Source: Lepidodermella squamata (Eukaryota > Animalia > Gastrotricha). Taken from it: a stretch of 64,000 nucleotides of DNA. Location: assembly GCA_047495785.1 (NCBI GenBank), contig JBLDXI010000025.1, positions 1,860,001 through 1,924,000 on the forward strand, given 5' to 3'. Positions 1-30,252 of the stretch are shown one piece after another. Position 1 is the stretch's first letter, and every line of letters begins with the position of its first letter. Under the pieces are notes generated by a model. That model had not been told where the DNA came from. It saw only the letters and a program-made list of their open reading frames with translations, and did no database searches. Made by a program: the position numbers and the translations under genes.

Positions 1-22
1 AAGGCGTGGTTGGAAAACTTAC

Positions 23-3000
23 TTGACAAAGCAGAAAATCGAGAGAATGACGCCAAACGCCGCAGCGACCGCCAGACACGTCAGCAGGCCTAAAAAAAAA
101 TTAAAAATTAAATTCGAAAATTCGAAAAAAATTATAAAAAATATCTAAATAAATTGGCAAAAAAACCGAAAAATTATGAAAATTTACCAATCATGACGAA
201 ATCGATATTGCTAGCGGTTTTCGCCTGCATTTGTTGCTGCTGCAGAGCACCGGTCTGCGGGGCTTTAGTGATCAAAATTTGCTGAGTAGTTGTGGTGCTA
301 GACGACGGCAATTTCGTCGTCATTTTAACGCTATTATCGCGCTGTTTCGAGGCAACGGCGCCGCCTTGTAGCCGGCCTAACAAAGATTGCACGTAGTTGT
401 CGGCCGCTTCTTCCTCGTCGTCGCTGTCGTCGCCTTCGTCCTCGGTATCAAGGCCGCCTTCAACCTGCTGGTCGTCCTGATCGTCCGCCGCCTCTTCCTC
501 TTCTTCTAGGCCCTGGCGGCTGTACAAAAATCCTACGCTAGGATCGGCTCGCTGCGCAAAGGTCGGGCCCTGTTCACGCGCCTGGAACTTGGCGAAATCC
601 GAGAGAAAATCAAGCGCTTGATCCGCCTCCTGTTGCTGTTTAATCTGGAGCAATTGCAACTTCGACGGCCCTACAGCTGCAGCGGGTACCGCCGTAAAAT
701 CTGGGTCATCGTTAGGAGCTTCCTTATGAACCTGGGGATCTAAAAAATAGCAGCAAATAAATTTCAAATAACTTCACAAAAATAATCCATAATTAATTTG
801 ACCCTTAATTTTGAGATTAGGGAATATAAATCGGATCTAAAAATGAAACCTTATAAATGATCAATTTAAAGCCAGGATAGGATTTTAGATAAAGTCCTAC
901 AACAAAAATTGATGAGGTTATCCAAGAGCTCTAACCACGCAAATTCCCGAAAATTTCAGAGCAAGGTGGTGCAGAAAAAACCCAAAGTACCAGGCAAATA
1001 CAATAATTGCTATTAGGCACGCAAAAAATGCTATAAAAAATAAAATAATAGCAATTTGGCTATGACCGATTAGGAATAATTATGCGGTGAATAAATATAT
1101 CTGAATTTTTGCTAAAAAATTGCAGAATAAAAAATGTAAAATTCCGGTCTATGGATTGATTAATATTATAAAAAGTACTGACACTAATCAGAAGATAATA
1201 TTACGTATATTCTTATGTATATACTTTAGTCGCGCCAAGACGTATATTACATGAAAAAACGCGGTGTTGAAACACCTGCCCAGATGAGGCGAAGGATGAA
1301 AAATTGTGAGTTTCATCATCTTCAACTCAAACATATGACAAGGTCATAAACCCATAAAGAGCGAATGTAACCATTAAGACCTATGACGTCACTGTATAAA
1401 TCAAGAATTAAGCAAAAAAAACCAAACGAACTGCATACATACACCACTTGAGTAGGCGTTAATAATAATTAAGGTGGCGGTATTAACTAATTTCTTTCCG
1501 ACATGCAAGATAAGGCGCGAGTTATATAACCACCCTGCGGTATACCCAAGTATAATATATAACCCGAATGAGGTGGTGTGGGAACAAACCATGTGAAAAC
1601 ACGCGTAAAAAAACGGAGTCGACTTACCGAACACAATGCGCTCTTTGAGCGCTGACGCGCTTTCGGCCGCGAAAATGGCCACCAAACAAGATATAGCCAG
1701 TAGTTTAGGCTCTATCATGCTGTATTTCGTTGTTTTTGTCCAGGAAAAATGTGTCTATACACCCTAGTATATATAATATGAAATGTTCGAGAAAACGTGA
1801 AAAATAAGCGATATGACTAATGCACCATCAAGGCGTGCTGTAGCCACACGTCATATTACTATAGGCTAGGTGATAATATTTCTATCGAAAAAAGTGTTCG
1901 AATAGGTAGGAGGTGAGGCTAATCTCAACTGACACATCAGGTTTCAAAACGACGCCTCGTAAAAAACAAGGAATTTTTAATTAAGCAAAAAAGTCGATGA
2001 AAGACAGGCAGGCGGGGCGGGTGGTCGCCAGCCAGCGAAAGGAAGAACCGCGGCAAAAATGCAATTAGCGCGAAAAATGGGATGAGATTCAAGAAAATAA
2101 TATTATAATAATAACAATAATAAAAATCGAAGCTAAAGCCGCGTCTCATGATGGAACATCTACGTAGGGGGAGAGGCGCGCGCGCTTAAAAAAACGAAAG
2201 CAGAAAAAGTTTTCATCACTGCTAATAACACACAACGCATTTTCTGCACTAGCGCAGAGCAGTATTCGATTGATTTTTACGAAATATTATACTAATAATA
2301 TATTCGCAGCAGCTCAGCACATCCGTACAGTCAGTCACACTCACTCAGTCACTTGTGTGCGCGCAAGCCATATGCGCGCGCGCACACACGATTCGGCGAT
2401 GCGAATAAACACCCGTTCAGTTACTTGCGCATATATAGATATATATTTTATCGCCATTATTATTAGCGAGGAATAAACCTACGCGCAAATCGATTTTTGT
2501 TCAGCCTATTCGTATTCCGCATTGCGTCGCCCGACAAAAAAAATTACGAAAAAAGCGCGCGTGGGTTGCGCGAACGGCTCGAGAGGCGAATGAATACATA
2601 TGAAAATAAGCCTAACGAAATCTACGACGATACAAAAAATGCGAAAATCGATTCGCTGCGTTTTTTTCTGTCCCCCATCTAACCCGAACGTACTATAGCG
2701 GATGTGACGAATAATATTAAATCAGAGTCAAGTGGAGTAGCCAATTTTCATTTTTCCGATTATTTGCGAAACAAATATATATGTCGTAGGTAGGAAATTT
2801 TTTTCAACATCCAACGCACTCAATTTTTTTTCCAGACGGTTAAACGCTAGGGAAGCACAAGCGGAAAAATCAATTATTAAAGCGCATTAGTATCGGTGAA
2901 AATATGAATGAATGAATGAACAAAACCACCTCCTACTCGATGCTATTTTAAAAATCTGCGGCCAAAGGGGCGTAAAAAGCCACATGAGATGACGAGGTTG

Positions 3001-3825
3001 AACGGGGTCGGGCAAAGACCCCTGAAGCTATACGAGATTTATTTTTAAAGACAACTAGGCCAATGCCGCAAGGCGAGATTTACGTTATCTACGCAATTTC
3101 CCTCCCTCAAGTTGTAGAAAAAATATCTAATAATATATGATATATGAATTTTCGACGATCCCCAATAGAGATCTCAAGCGGCGCTTAATGGCGCGTGAAA
3201 ATTCGAAATGAGGGTCAATGAAATAAAATTAGTTTCCGCCTCGGTTGTGATCGAGAAAAAAACATCGCACTTCCTCAGTCTGTTCTCACCTCCAAATGGA
3301 AAAAATTTGGCGCGGGTCATTTCAACACGCAAAATAATCCCGAAGGAAATAAAAACTGAAAAAATAGTAGCACTTACTTGTTCGAGTGCGGGGCAGATTT
3401 CGCAGGCAAATTTCGTGTCCTTGCATGAGAAAACCGCCGTAGATGCACGCGCCACATGGCTGTACCGCCGGCAGGTAGGGATTGCAAGGATATCGAAATA
3501 GTTTAGCGCAAAATCCGGGCGACAGGCATCGAACTTTCGACGTTTTACCAGCACCGCAAGCACCGTCCGTGATTAGAACCAACAGGACCAGAGAAATTTG
3601 AACTAGAAAATGATAAAAATCAACATATTTAGGAAAATTGATTAAATTTCAGAAAATGATGAAATTTCAAATTTTCGCAAAAAAACTCGAAAATTAAGGA
3701 ATCTTCGAATATTCAGATAATCCAAAAATTAGATGAGGAGTTGAAATATTAGAAGAAACCATACCGAGAACATATCGTGGAATTGATTTGGCACCTCCGC
3801 GTAAAAATTTGGCCATTCGAGTCAT
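23..3825 (-). CDS. NPDC1: NPDC1/CAB-1-like type I membrane protein, long isoform (exons 3825-3765, 3602-3378, 739-188, 89-23; continues off the left edge)
   Basis: GT/AG junctions are phase-consistent. Hydrophobic signal (..RYVLVQISLVLLVLITDG), then CLSPGFCAKLFRYPCNPYLPAVQPCGACIYGGFLMQGHEIC, matching the 6-Cys pattern (with CGxC) of the NPDC1 N-terminus. An acidic ectodomain and TM segment (GLLTCLAVAAAFGVILSIFCFV) follow. The conserved cytoplasmic tail lies outside the window. Confidence 0.75.
1628..1718 (-). CDS. NPDC1: Alternative first coding exon of the NPDC1-like gene (signal peptide MIEPKLLAISCLVAIFAAESASALKERIVF)
   Basis: ATG at 1718, typical signal peptide, strong phase-1 GTAAGT donor at 1627 that joins in frame to the acceptor at 739 (G+AT=Asp). 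Confidence 0.7.
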
Positions 3826-3851
3826 GGCAAAAAAGCAGTTTGAAAGAAGGA

Positions 3852-3957
3852 CTAGTCGTGATTTGGCATGCAGTAAAATCTCCTCAGACGCTTCTCGGCA
3901 TCGCGAATCAGCCAGCTGCTTTTAGGTAGGTGCCATGCGCTGGATTCTTCAATCCAT
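3852..3957 (-). promoter_or_regulatory. Four tandem short uORFs in the putative NPDC1 long-isoform leader
   Basis: MD* (3957-3949), MAPT* (3936-3922), MPRSV* (3901-3884) and MPNHD* (3869-3852) lie between a TTTTTGTAG acceptor (3991) and the main ATG (3825). Confidence 0.45.
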
Positions 3958-4258
3958 GGTCAAAATTTTAGAAAAAAAACACGTGGAAACCTACAAAAAT
4001 CAACACTTGTAACTCTTCAAGTTTAATCATCGAATCTCCGTTGAACAAAACGTGATGGAAAAAATCAGAAGTAATAGTAATATATCACATATTTAAGTAT
4101 TGACTATTAAAAACTTGGCAAGGCCCTTTTAATTTGGCTGAGAATTCGCATTTTATCGGAATGATGAGACCTATATTTTTGTATAAAATCGTGCAACTAT
4201 TTACAGCAACAACGAAAAATTGAGATGTGTTTGCGAATTTTCCGAGATTTTTTCCTCA

Positions 4259-4747
4259 TCAATTTTCGCGCTTTGATTTCGCTGTTCGAGACGTGGCATT
4301 CCCATCCCGGCCGTCCTTCGCCCCGGCCGCGGCGAGATCGGACGCCTTCAGCGCCGTCACAGTGGGCGCCTCCTTTTTCAGAACCGTCAACAAAATTTGC
4401 GAGCTCTCGAGAATTTTCGTGTACGCCGACTCGGCCTCGGCGATAACGCGGTCGAACTCGGCTCGCTGGGACAACTTCCGCGCCAGGCTGTCGTTCAGCC
4501 GCGCGAGGCGCTCTGATAACAACCGAATGTCATTCTGGAGGCGGGCACGTTCCTCTTCCTCGGCTAAAATATCGCGTTGCAGTTGATCGCGTCGGTCGCG
4601 CAATTCTTCGACGCCTGTCAGAAAAAAGTAATGAATGACGCCATAAACAAATTACGGAAAGTCATCAAAAATAAGGTCACAACAGGATGACTCACATTTT
4701 ACAAGCTCGTTGTTGTAGGTCTGAAGCGCAGCTCCATGTTGAGACAT
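4259..4747 (-). CDS. SSNA1: SSNA1/NA14/DIP13 microtubule- and cilium-associated coiled-coil protein (exons 4747-4696, 4614-4259)
   Basis: [22 protein letters not shown]...EFDRVIAEAESAYTKILESSQILL closely matches SSNA1; one phase-1 GT-AG intron. Confidence 0.95.
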
Positions 4748-5604
4748 TTTCGAACAACAAAATTACTGTTTTTCGTAAATTGAGCCTAGAAAAATCAATA
4801 AATCACGTCATTCATTTTTCTTTAATAATTTCAACTGGTAATATAAATTTTGCTCCGGCAGCGGCGGCCTCCATAGTAAGAAGCTTGTTTCAAAAAATGA
4901 AATTATTTTGTCGCGCATCAAGATTTTCACAAATAATCGTTATAGGGACACCAGGAATTAGATCTGCGAAATTAGTATACAGCATACAATTCAAACGAGG
5001 CGGCGGCTGTTTATGCGTAGTCGGCGGTCGAAAACACACGACGATTGATTTGCATAATAATTATTTATAATAAACAAAATTATTGTTATCATAGCTATTA
5101 TGCCGATATTTTTGTGAGCATTTGCGACATCATCGAGAAAAGGGGAAAAAAAATGCTAATGAATGAACAAATAACATTTCATCCGCAAAACGGGTTTAGC
5201 CTTGAAAATTTTACAAATACGAAGGCACCATCAAATATACGACGTCAACACAACCAGCTCAAGGAGAGAGAAAACAACTAAATTTTGGAATATATAGGGA
5301 AGAAGCACGCTTTTTCAGAAGAAAGAATGAGTTCAGATCTAAATCAAAATATGAACAAACAGGTAAAAACTGAATATTGACAACAATTGTTTTGATATTA
5401 TTATTTTACATAATAAATAATAGCACTGAAATTCATTAGACCAGAGATTGTTTTTTTCATCAATCGAAGTTAACAGGGAAAAAACTAGCTGATTTTATAA
5501 AATCAAATTTCACAATTGATTATATTGTAAATTTTGGTTATAACTATTTTCCGAAAAATTATATTAATTTTAAAATAACTGGAATATCTAATAATAACAA
5601 CATC

Positions 5605-7819
5605 CTATTCTGAGAAAGGTAGTTGAACTGTGAGATTCGCCACCAAGTCGGAGGGTACTTCTTTTAGGTCAGCCATATACGCCACCTGGTCGTTCCAGAT
5701 TTTTGCAACTGCAACAATATCGTTGCGCAGATGCAGCGCGAGAAATCGCCGATAAACCGGTCGTGAATAATGCGGCCGATCGACGCTGAAATTCGGGTTG
5801 TGCTGAGGGCTTATCGCCAGTTTCATGGCGACTATTCCGAGGAAAACATCGTCGAATTTAAGAAATTTTACAAAAGGCGAGGCAATTGCGAATTTTTTGA
5901 CAACAGGTTGTGACATAAGGTAAGCACCGGCGGTTATGAAGGATGGGAATAGCGAAAACGGGTACTCGTCAACGGTCACGTGCCACTTTCTCAATCGATG
6001 GCGCATAGGCCGTGAGCCAGGGTAGTTGTACCCTTCATATAACAGCTTTTCCCTTCCAGGTTCCAAGGCCTAAAAACGAGAAAATGCAATGACGAATCGT
6101 ACAAATTGTTGGGCATACCTTAAGGTAGTCGATGATAGCAAAAACATTGACATAATAATCATCGTCAACAAAGAAGACGTAGCGAGCATTGGAGCAATAT
6201 TCAGCAGTCCACCTAAAAAAAACGTATTACAAAATATATAAATAATCCAACAAAACCAATTAAAAAACTTGAACGGAATCTTAACCTTAAAGTATGGCTT
6301 ACTCTGCACGTGTGCAAAATCTTGGTGATTTACGCAATAAATGTTTATCCACGTGTCAATAGTTGCGATCAAAAAATCGAAAAAAATCGAACAAATAAGA
6401 GAAGTGAGTATTTTCAATACATTTGGATCGCGCGCGATGTTGCCAAAAGGTTAAATTTCTAATGATCAACCTGTCTTCAAACGAGAATAAAATTTAGCCA
6501 ACTATTTATCGAATGAGAAAAAAATAAAGCTGTGGGCCCAATTGCGAACTTCAACTTTTCACGAGCTCACAATTCAGCATTCGCGTAACATTTTCATTCC
6601 GGAAAGCTCGGAATTCTACTTATGAAAGCTGTTTCAGATGAAAAAGAAAAAATAATTGAAAATATTGAGACTAGCGGAATAAAATCGAGTGAAAATGTCC
6701 GCAGTTAGCAGAAAATACTTCATTTCGTGTTGGGTTTTTCAAAGTTTAACATTTATGAAATTATGGAATAATTTGAAAATATTGCTGGTGTCCTTTCATG
6801 CGACAATGCCGTCGATAGCTTTTGGGTTAAGCGGCGCTGGTTTATTTCTATCTCAACATAAAATCGATGGAAATGTTCAGAATTAATGAAATGATGCTCA
6901 ATTTGTTCTGATTTTGATGACATTTTTCAGATTTTTTGTAAGAAGTACGTTCAACCTTAAAAAACTAGATACCCAGAACGCGTGCAAAAAAACGTATCAC
7001 GATTAAAATCCCCGACAAGATCGCGAGTTGAGCAATAGGCATGATACCCACGTGCCGGGTCGCAACGAAAAAACATGAAATAATTGGCCTTAATTTTGAC
7101 AAGGCTAAATTTTTTCATGTTTTTTTGACATGGGTTTTTTAGGTTGAAATATATTTTAGTAATTTTAGTAAATTTTTCTCAAACTGTAAAACATACCTTA
7201 GGCCCATAATGGCCTTATAAGTGTTGTTCCAATAATCGTCCGTGAAATCGTATTGAACAATATCGCCGTAGAGCCGCGACTCATTAGCAACACGTTCTTG
7301 AAAGTCCGGATTATCCGGCATGGCCAATAGAAAGACAGTTCGTAGTTGAACAGAATTGGCGCGGTTAGGAAAAACCTCCGTCAAACGGCCCCACGATTGC
7401 CGGACAAGTTGGCGATTTTGAAAATCCCGCGAAGCCGATTTGACGAGCATCAATAGAAACAGGCCTTTGCCAGCATCTGAGCACAATTTTGAGCTATGAG
7501 CAAGCCGCCAATCGTACGGCGTTATCGGCCGCAAACTCGGCGGCAGTAGCCGATAGGACCCATTCGCCTTCTGAACGAGATCGACCAGTTTTGAATAGTC
7601 AGTATCGACAGGATAGCTGAACTCTGAGAACGGAACTTCGTAGAACATTTGAACTATGCCGAGGTAGTAGTCGGCGAGAATTAGAAAAACCAGCACGCCT
7701 AACACGCGGTACCACGAAAAGTGGCGCCGCGTGGCTCGCAGCGATTTAAACGCCGAATTCACCCACGAAAACATGCCCGGTTGATGGCGTTCGTTGCTTA
7801 CAGGCAGCAAATTCGTCAT
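5605..7819 (-). CDS. brn: GT31 beta-1,3-glycosyltransferase, brainiac/bre-5-like (exons 7819-7197, 6212-6119, 6069-5605)
   Basis: N-terminal TM anchor and motifs LVKSA, R..VRQSWG, YGDIVQYDF.D.Y.NNTYK, FFVDDDYYV (DxD, brainiac-like), FITAGAY and FDDVFLGIVA; splice phases agree. Confidence 0.85.
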
Positions 7820-8862
7820 CGGTTATCGCTGAATTTCGCCCGTCTAGTCGAGCTGGCATTGCCGCTCGAGCGACGCTTTATAACCACCCAGGGTTCAGTA
7901 ATTAAAAATCTAAAATTAAAACAATTAATCAAAAAACATTGAAAATTTTAATTCTCAAAGTTCCAAATTTTTTACCAATGACTAAAACAAAAATCAACAG
8001 TAAAATGCAGGACAAGAAAGAGCAGAAGAAACCATTTTTTCGATATCAATCAATCGTTTTTTCTTTCACGTGCCATTTGAATATTGCGAGGAACATCCGT
8101 GTTATGTTATTAGGTAGAAAATTTCGAAAAATAAATAAAGAGCTCGCGGTTTTCACGTCGGAAATGTTTACACAACTGTTTCTTAACCGCACTTTCGTTA
8201 GAAATTAAAGCTAAAATGCATTGAAGGTCAAAGATCAAGCTCCGCAGCTGTTTTAGGGATGAAACGATTACAAGCACCATGCAAATACCAAAATAACCCC
8301 TGGATTTTCCCTTCTTAAAAAACACATTAACCAATAAAGAACTCGACTTGCATAAATAAAAATTTTCCATCGCTTTTTAAAAGATGAAAAGATGAATATA
8401 GGATGTAACTTGAATAAGAAATTTGTAGCCAAACACAATAATTCCAAGAAATTCCTGAAATTAAAGAGGGTTCAGAAACCCGAATTTTTTCCCAGTCAGA
8501 ACATTAAAAGCGAGGCTTCAGAGTCGCAGAATTTTGCGATTTCGAATTCTTCCTTTCTCAATTCATCATAGTAACACGGGATTTTTCTTATTTCTAGCTA
8601 CTTATCGGTTCAGGATAAGAGAAGTAATATTAAAAAGAAGAACTAAAATCTTGAAAATAGGGAAAATTTACGGTTAAATCCATCAAATAGGTGGGATCAC
8701 TCCCCATCCCTTTTTCCCTCAATAAATAATTTCGGTAAAATAGAAAATGGGCCCAATTGAAGATATTATTTTCCCGATAGAATGGAATTAAATTATTTTC
8801 GTTTCATCCCTAAAGCGCATAATTATTGAAAATTCCTCCTTATCGATAATATCTAAATCAAT

Positions 8863-11833
8863 CTAAGATGGATATTCGCTGTTGCGCGCACTCAAAAACT
8901 GATCCATTTGCTGCTGCTTGGCCTGAATCGCGGCTAACAACGGCCGCCGTTTCATTTCATACCGCCGCCGTAGCCAGGTCTGCTCGGACTGCAGCGCAGC
9001 TTCATACTCTTCTATGCGCCGCGTCAACTGCGCTTCGGACATGTTAGCTAAAAATTCGAAATTCGACAAATCCTCGACGCGAAACGGCCGCAGCGGGCAT
9101 ACAGAGCCGCCGGCGCCGACGAAAGACGCCAGGGCGGGCTGGTGTGAGGTCGATACTAGGGAAGAAGTGTTCGATGGTGATTGGCTCGACTGGCACGAAA
9201 CACGGCCAGATTGAATCTGGTTCGTGCCGCCAGCGTTGAACGGGCCCTGAAACAGCCAAGCATTCGGGTCGTCCGCATTCGGCAACCCTATCGCAGCCGG
9301 GGCGCTTTGCCGCGCCTCTCCATACGCGTTGAACTCCCAATAATCCCGCGACGTCGTCGGGCCCTGCGGGTGCGAGTGATGCCGCTTCTCCGCCTGCAAT
9401 TCAGCGTACATTTGCCGCCGAATGAACAAACAATTGGCAATCATTTCTAGCAGGCAAAACGGCGGTACAGTTTCGGCTGTGTGTTTTTCAACAAAAGCAT
9501 GACTTGTCGATAACGCAGCGGCTGATGGGCGTTTCGTTGGGTCTTTTTGTAGGCACCTTGATACGAAATCGATGAACTCAGGCGACCACTTGCCTGGCTC
9601 GCGCAGCTGCGGCGGGTCTTGCGTTGGAATGGCGAAAATCGCTCGAATAGGATGCAAATCCGATAAAGGAGGCTAAATATGAAAACACATAAAACAAATC
9701 AACGAAATTCGATCGCAGTGTGATAATTATAGAAAATCTACACTTAATAATATGACAAACATCTCACACCGTCAACAGAATCGCAGATGAGAAAATCCGA
9801 TTATGAATAGATTTAAAAAGTGAGATACAATACGAGAACACGACCCTAAATTATATAGAAACTAGATCACAACATGATTCGAAATATTTGAGGACAAATT
9901 CCTCGACCGAATTCCTAAACGCCCCCGACATAGTGTTAAAATTCTGCGAATAATTAGCTAGGGTGAATCGCGAACTAAGCTCCGGTTGAACACTTATGTG
10001 TGAGAAATACGAAGATGAGATACTTATACGGAAACAAACCAAACGAGCAAGCCATCTACGATCCTGTTGAAAGTTTTACAGCCACAATTAATATAAAAAA
10101 TTCACACAATAATTCACAATATAAAAATAAAGGATTTTTCAACATTTTTCAAAAATAATTACAACATTTTTTTGACATCAAGGGATTAATAAGTGAATTA
10201 ACGGTAAAATAATATTATTCAAAATCAGAGAAACTCATTGATTCCCCATGGAAAATTGCAATTTTGAGTTGAATCGGGTGAAATTATAATGGAATCGCGA
10301 TATTTTCACCTTAAATCCCCAACTATCAACAAGCAGAGCGCCGCAGTATTCTCTTATTGAGGCAAAATTTCGCCGAAAATGGGCTCAATTGTATTTTTAA
10401 TGAAAATAGCCAACAGATAAGTTGGATCGAAACGAATCACTCTTTAAAAACATTTAGAAATTGAAAAATTATCGAAAATTAAGTTACCTTTTGTTCCGCC
10501 ATTTCGATAGCAGTTATACCGAGAGACCAAATATCGGCAGGCAACTCGTAGCCAGCATTGCCTAGCACCTCTGGCGCCATCCACAGCGGACTGCCGATCA
10601 TAGTCTCGAATTTGTGCAGAGTCTCCGACAGCTTCCCGGCAACGCCGAAATCAGCCAGTTTCGCGCGGCCTTCCTCAGTGAGCAAAATATTGCCAGCCTT
10701 CACGTCGCGGTGAATGCGCCGCCGCTCGTGGAGGTACGCAAGGCCGCGCAGCGCGTCGGCTAGCACCGAGGCGATCGCCGCTTCAGGCAGCGGTCTATGC
10801 AGCATTTTCATCATATCCGACACGGAACCAACGCCGCAGAATTCCATGACAATCCACAGGGAAGTGTTGCTGGAGAAGGAGCCGAAATACCGGACAATGA
10901 ACGGGCTGTCGCATTCTTGCATAACGGAGACTTCTTTTACGATTTCGCGCAAATCTGTATTCGCCGATATTTTCTTGACAGCATACGGCTTGTGATTTTG
11001 CTTATCGATAGCTTTATACACGTCGCCATAAGATCTTGAAAATAAAAAATTAATTTTAATATTCTTAACAATATGATTCAATAGATTTCGCGACTTTTTC
11101 ACCTTACATATCGAAACCCTGAGGGATCGAATGGAAAAACGTTAGAAAATAAACAATTCGAAAAAATCGATTAGCCTAAAATTTTCAACCCAGGTGAATC
11201 CAAAACTGAATGGCTTATTGTCACTCATTTTTCAAATTATTTCTTTTCATTTCACTCTAACTTTGTACTTGCGGTTATCATTTTCTTCATCAATACCGAG
11301 GCTACCCATCATGACGGATGAAAAATCACTGATGCGTGTAATCGACACCGAGATCGAAAGACGTGAAAAGAGAACAACCGTTTTTGGGACAATCTAGTCT
11401 TGGAACCCTAGATTAAGGTACACCCATGAAAACAATTTAATCGAATTTGTCATTCTTCAATTGTTTCCACTAGACCCCAGGGATAAGCCGAAATCCCAAA
11501 CTAAAGCGTTCGCTCAGCAGAGATTATGCTAAACATTTAATATTATTTCTGAGTATAAAAATGTCCAATATTCCAGTAAAAAGAACGTAATTAGATGAGT
11601 GACAGTTTTCTAAATTGAGTAAACTTGGTCCATCCCCTAGCGACAAGCATAATCTCATTTTAAAATTATTGGTAAAAAACCACGCCTTTGATAAATTGGT
11701 CCATCTCCGCTTCAACTATTTCTAAAAATGTCTGATTATTGATATAAACTTACCCTGAACCAATTTTAGCCACGATTTCGAAGACATCATCCGCCGCTTG
11801 CTGCAGCTGCTCATCCGTCAGTTTCGAGGACAT
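8863..11833 (-). CDS. STK3/STK4: STE20-family MST1/2 (Hippo)-like kinase with C-terminal SARAH domain (exons 11833-11754, 11034-10488, 9672-8863)
   Basis: GSGSYG loop, HRDVKAGNILL, DFG, WMAPE, HPIRAIFAIP. C-terminal FEFLANMS..QLTRRI...RRRYEMKRRPLLAAIQAK is SARAH-like. Confidence 0.85.
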
Positions 11834-12860
11834 TTTCGATTAACAAAAAAAATTAAATGAACTGAACAAGTCAAGACATCATGCAGGTCCTAAAATTGGG
11901 ATAGAATAAAATGCAAATCAAAATTTTTGCGCAGTTGTAAGAACGGTTTTACTTCGATATAATAACATATATAAATCTGTATCTTGTTTTATCTTTTAGC
12001 ACACGGCACAATATAAAAATACTTGAGGATGACTAGAGAGCAGACAGCTTTGTTGTTTTATCGGCTAGATTCGTCTTCGTTTACAAATAAATATATAAAA
12101 AACAGCTCGAGGAAAATTGCCATGTCGCCTTTTGCTGTAGATTTCGACTCACATTGAGGAGATTTTAAATGAAAAATTATATAAAAACATCGCCATCATT
12201 CGTTTGCGCCATGCACCGTCCAAATAGATAAAGGTAGATATGATCGACCAGATTGATTTCTTTTCATACCATGTCATGACCAGAAAAAAATAATAGATTT
12301 ACCGACTTCACACAACAAGTGCAATATTACCCGTGTCGAAAAATGTATACACTGCAACTGAAAATATGCCAAGGTGCAACGTAAAAAAACCAATCACACA
12401 CCAATGCACGATTAGTTTCAAAAATACGACAAAAAACAATATAACTGCGTGTTATAACTAAGGGACTCAAGGTGCAATACTAGATAGTTGGTTTTTTTTC
12501 GACCAGAAACGTTTTGGTTTTACTGACTGACTCCATCACAAATTTTTTTTATCATCGCGATCCATCGATGAAATTAATTGAAACTAAGGGAAGCACGATA
12601 CGCTTGCGGCTAATAGAATGTTATTTCGTTGTCATATTTTTAACGGGCAAGGAAGCAAATAATTTTTTTTGTTATATTCAAAATATGAAACTACTACGGG
12701 TATGAAAATATATATCAATACAAAATAGATCACTCAGTTTTGCGGTTTATATGAGCGCTGCGCTGTATTTCCAAAATGAAAAACCAAAAGAGAAACGAAA
12801 CAAAAAAACACATGTTAAAATCTGTTCCGAAAATAATTGGCAGGGTAAAAGCAAAACAAA

Positions 12861-29753
<16,893 letters not shown>

Positions 29754-30252
29754 CCCGAATTACTTTTCCAAAGCAACAGGACAAATTTTTACATAATAAA
29801 ATAAAATTTCCTGTCCTAAAAATTAAAATTATAAATATTATCAAGCATTTTTGAAATTTATTCTCATACAAACTCGTACAAAGCATCGCAAATTGAGATA
29901 AAAACAGCCGAAATTTGAGCGATTCAATCGTTCAATTTCTCAAATTAATTAATCAATCAACCGCCATATAAAATCGAAACCAATAAATGGTTGATGCAAT
30001 TATGCTCACTTTTGGCCGTTTTACTCTCGCATGAAAAATACAATAAAGTGCAAATTTTGAAAAATTTAATATCACCACAAAATAAACTATAGGAGAGATC
30101 CGGAAATGAATAAATTTTGAAAATATCTCAACAAAACATAAAATGAGGAAAAATTGTGCCCAATAATGAAACAAGGCAAATCACAAGAAATCAAGGAACA
30201 TGACAGTGAAACGTAAAATCAAAAAGGCAGTCGAATTTGTTCATTTGCTGAC

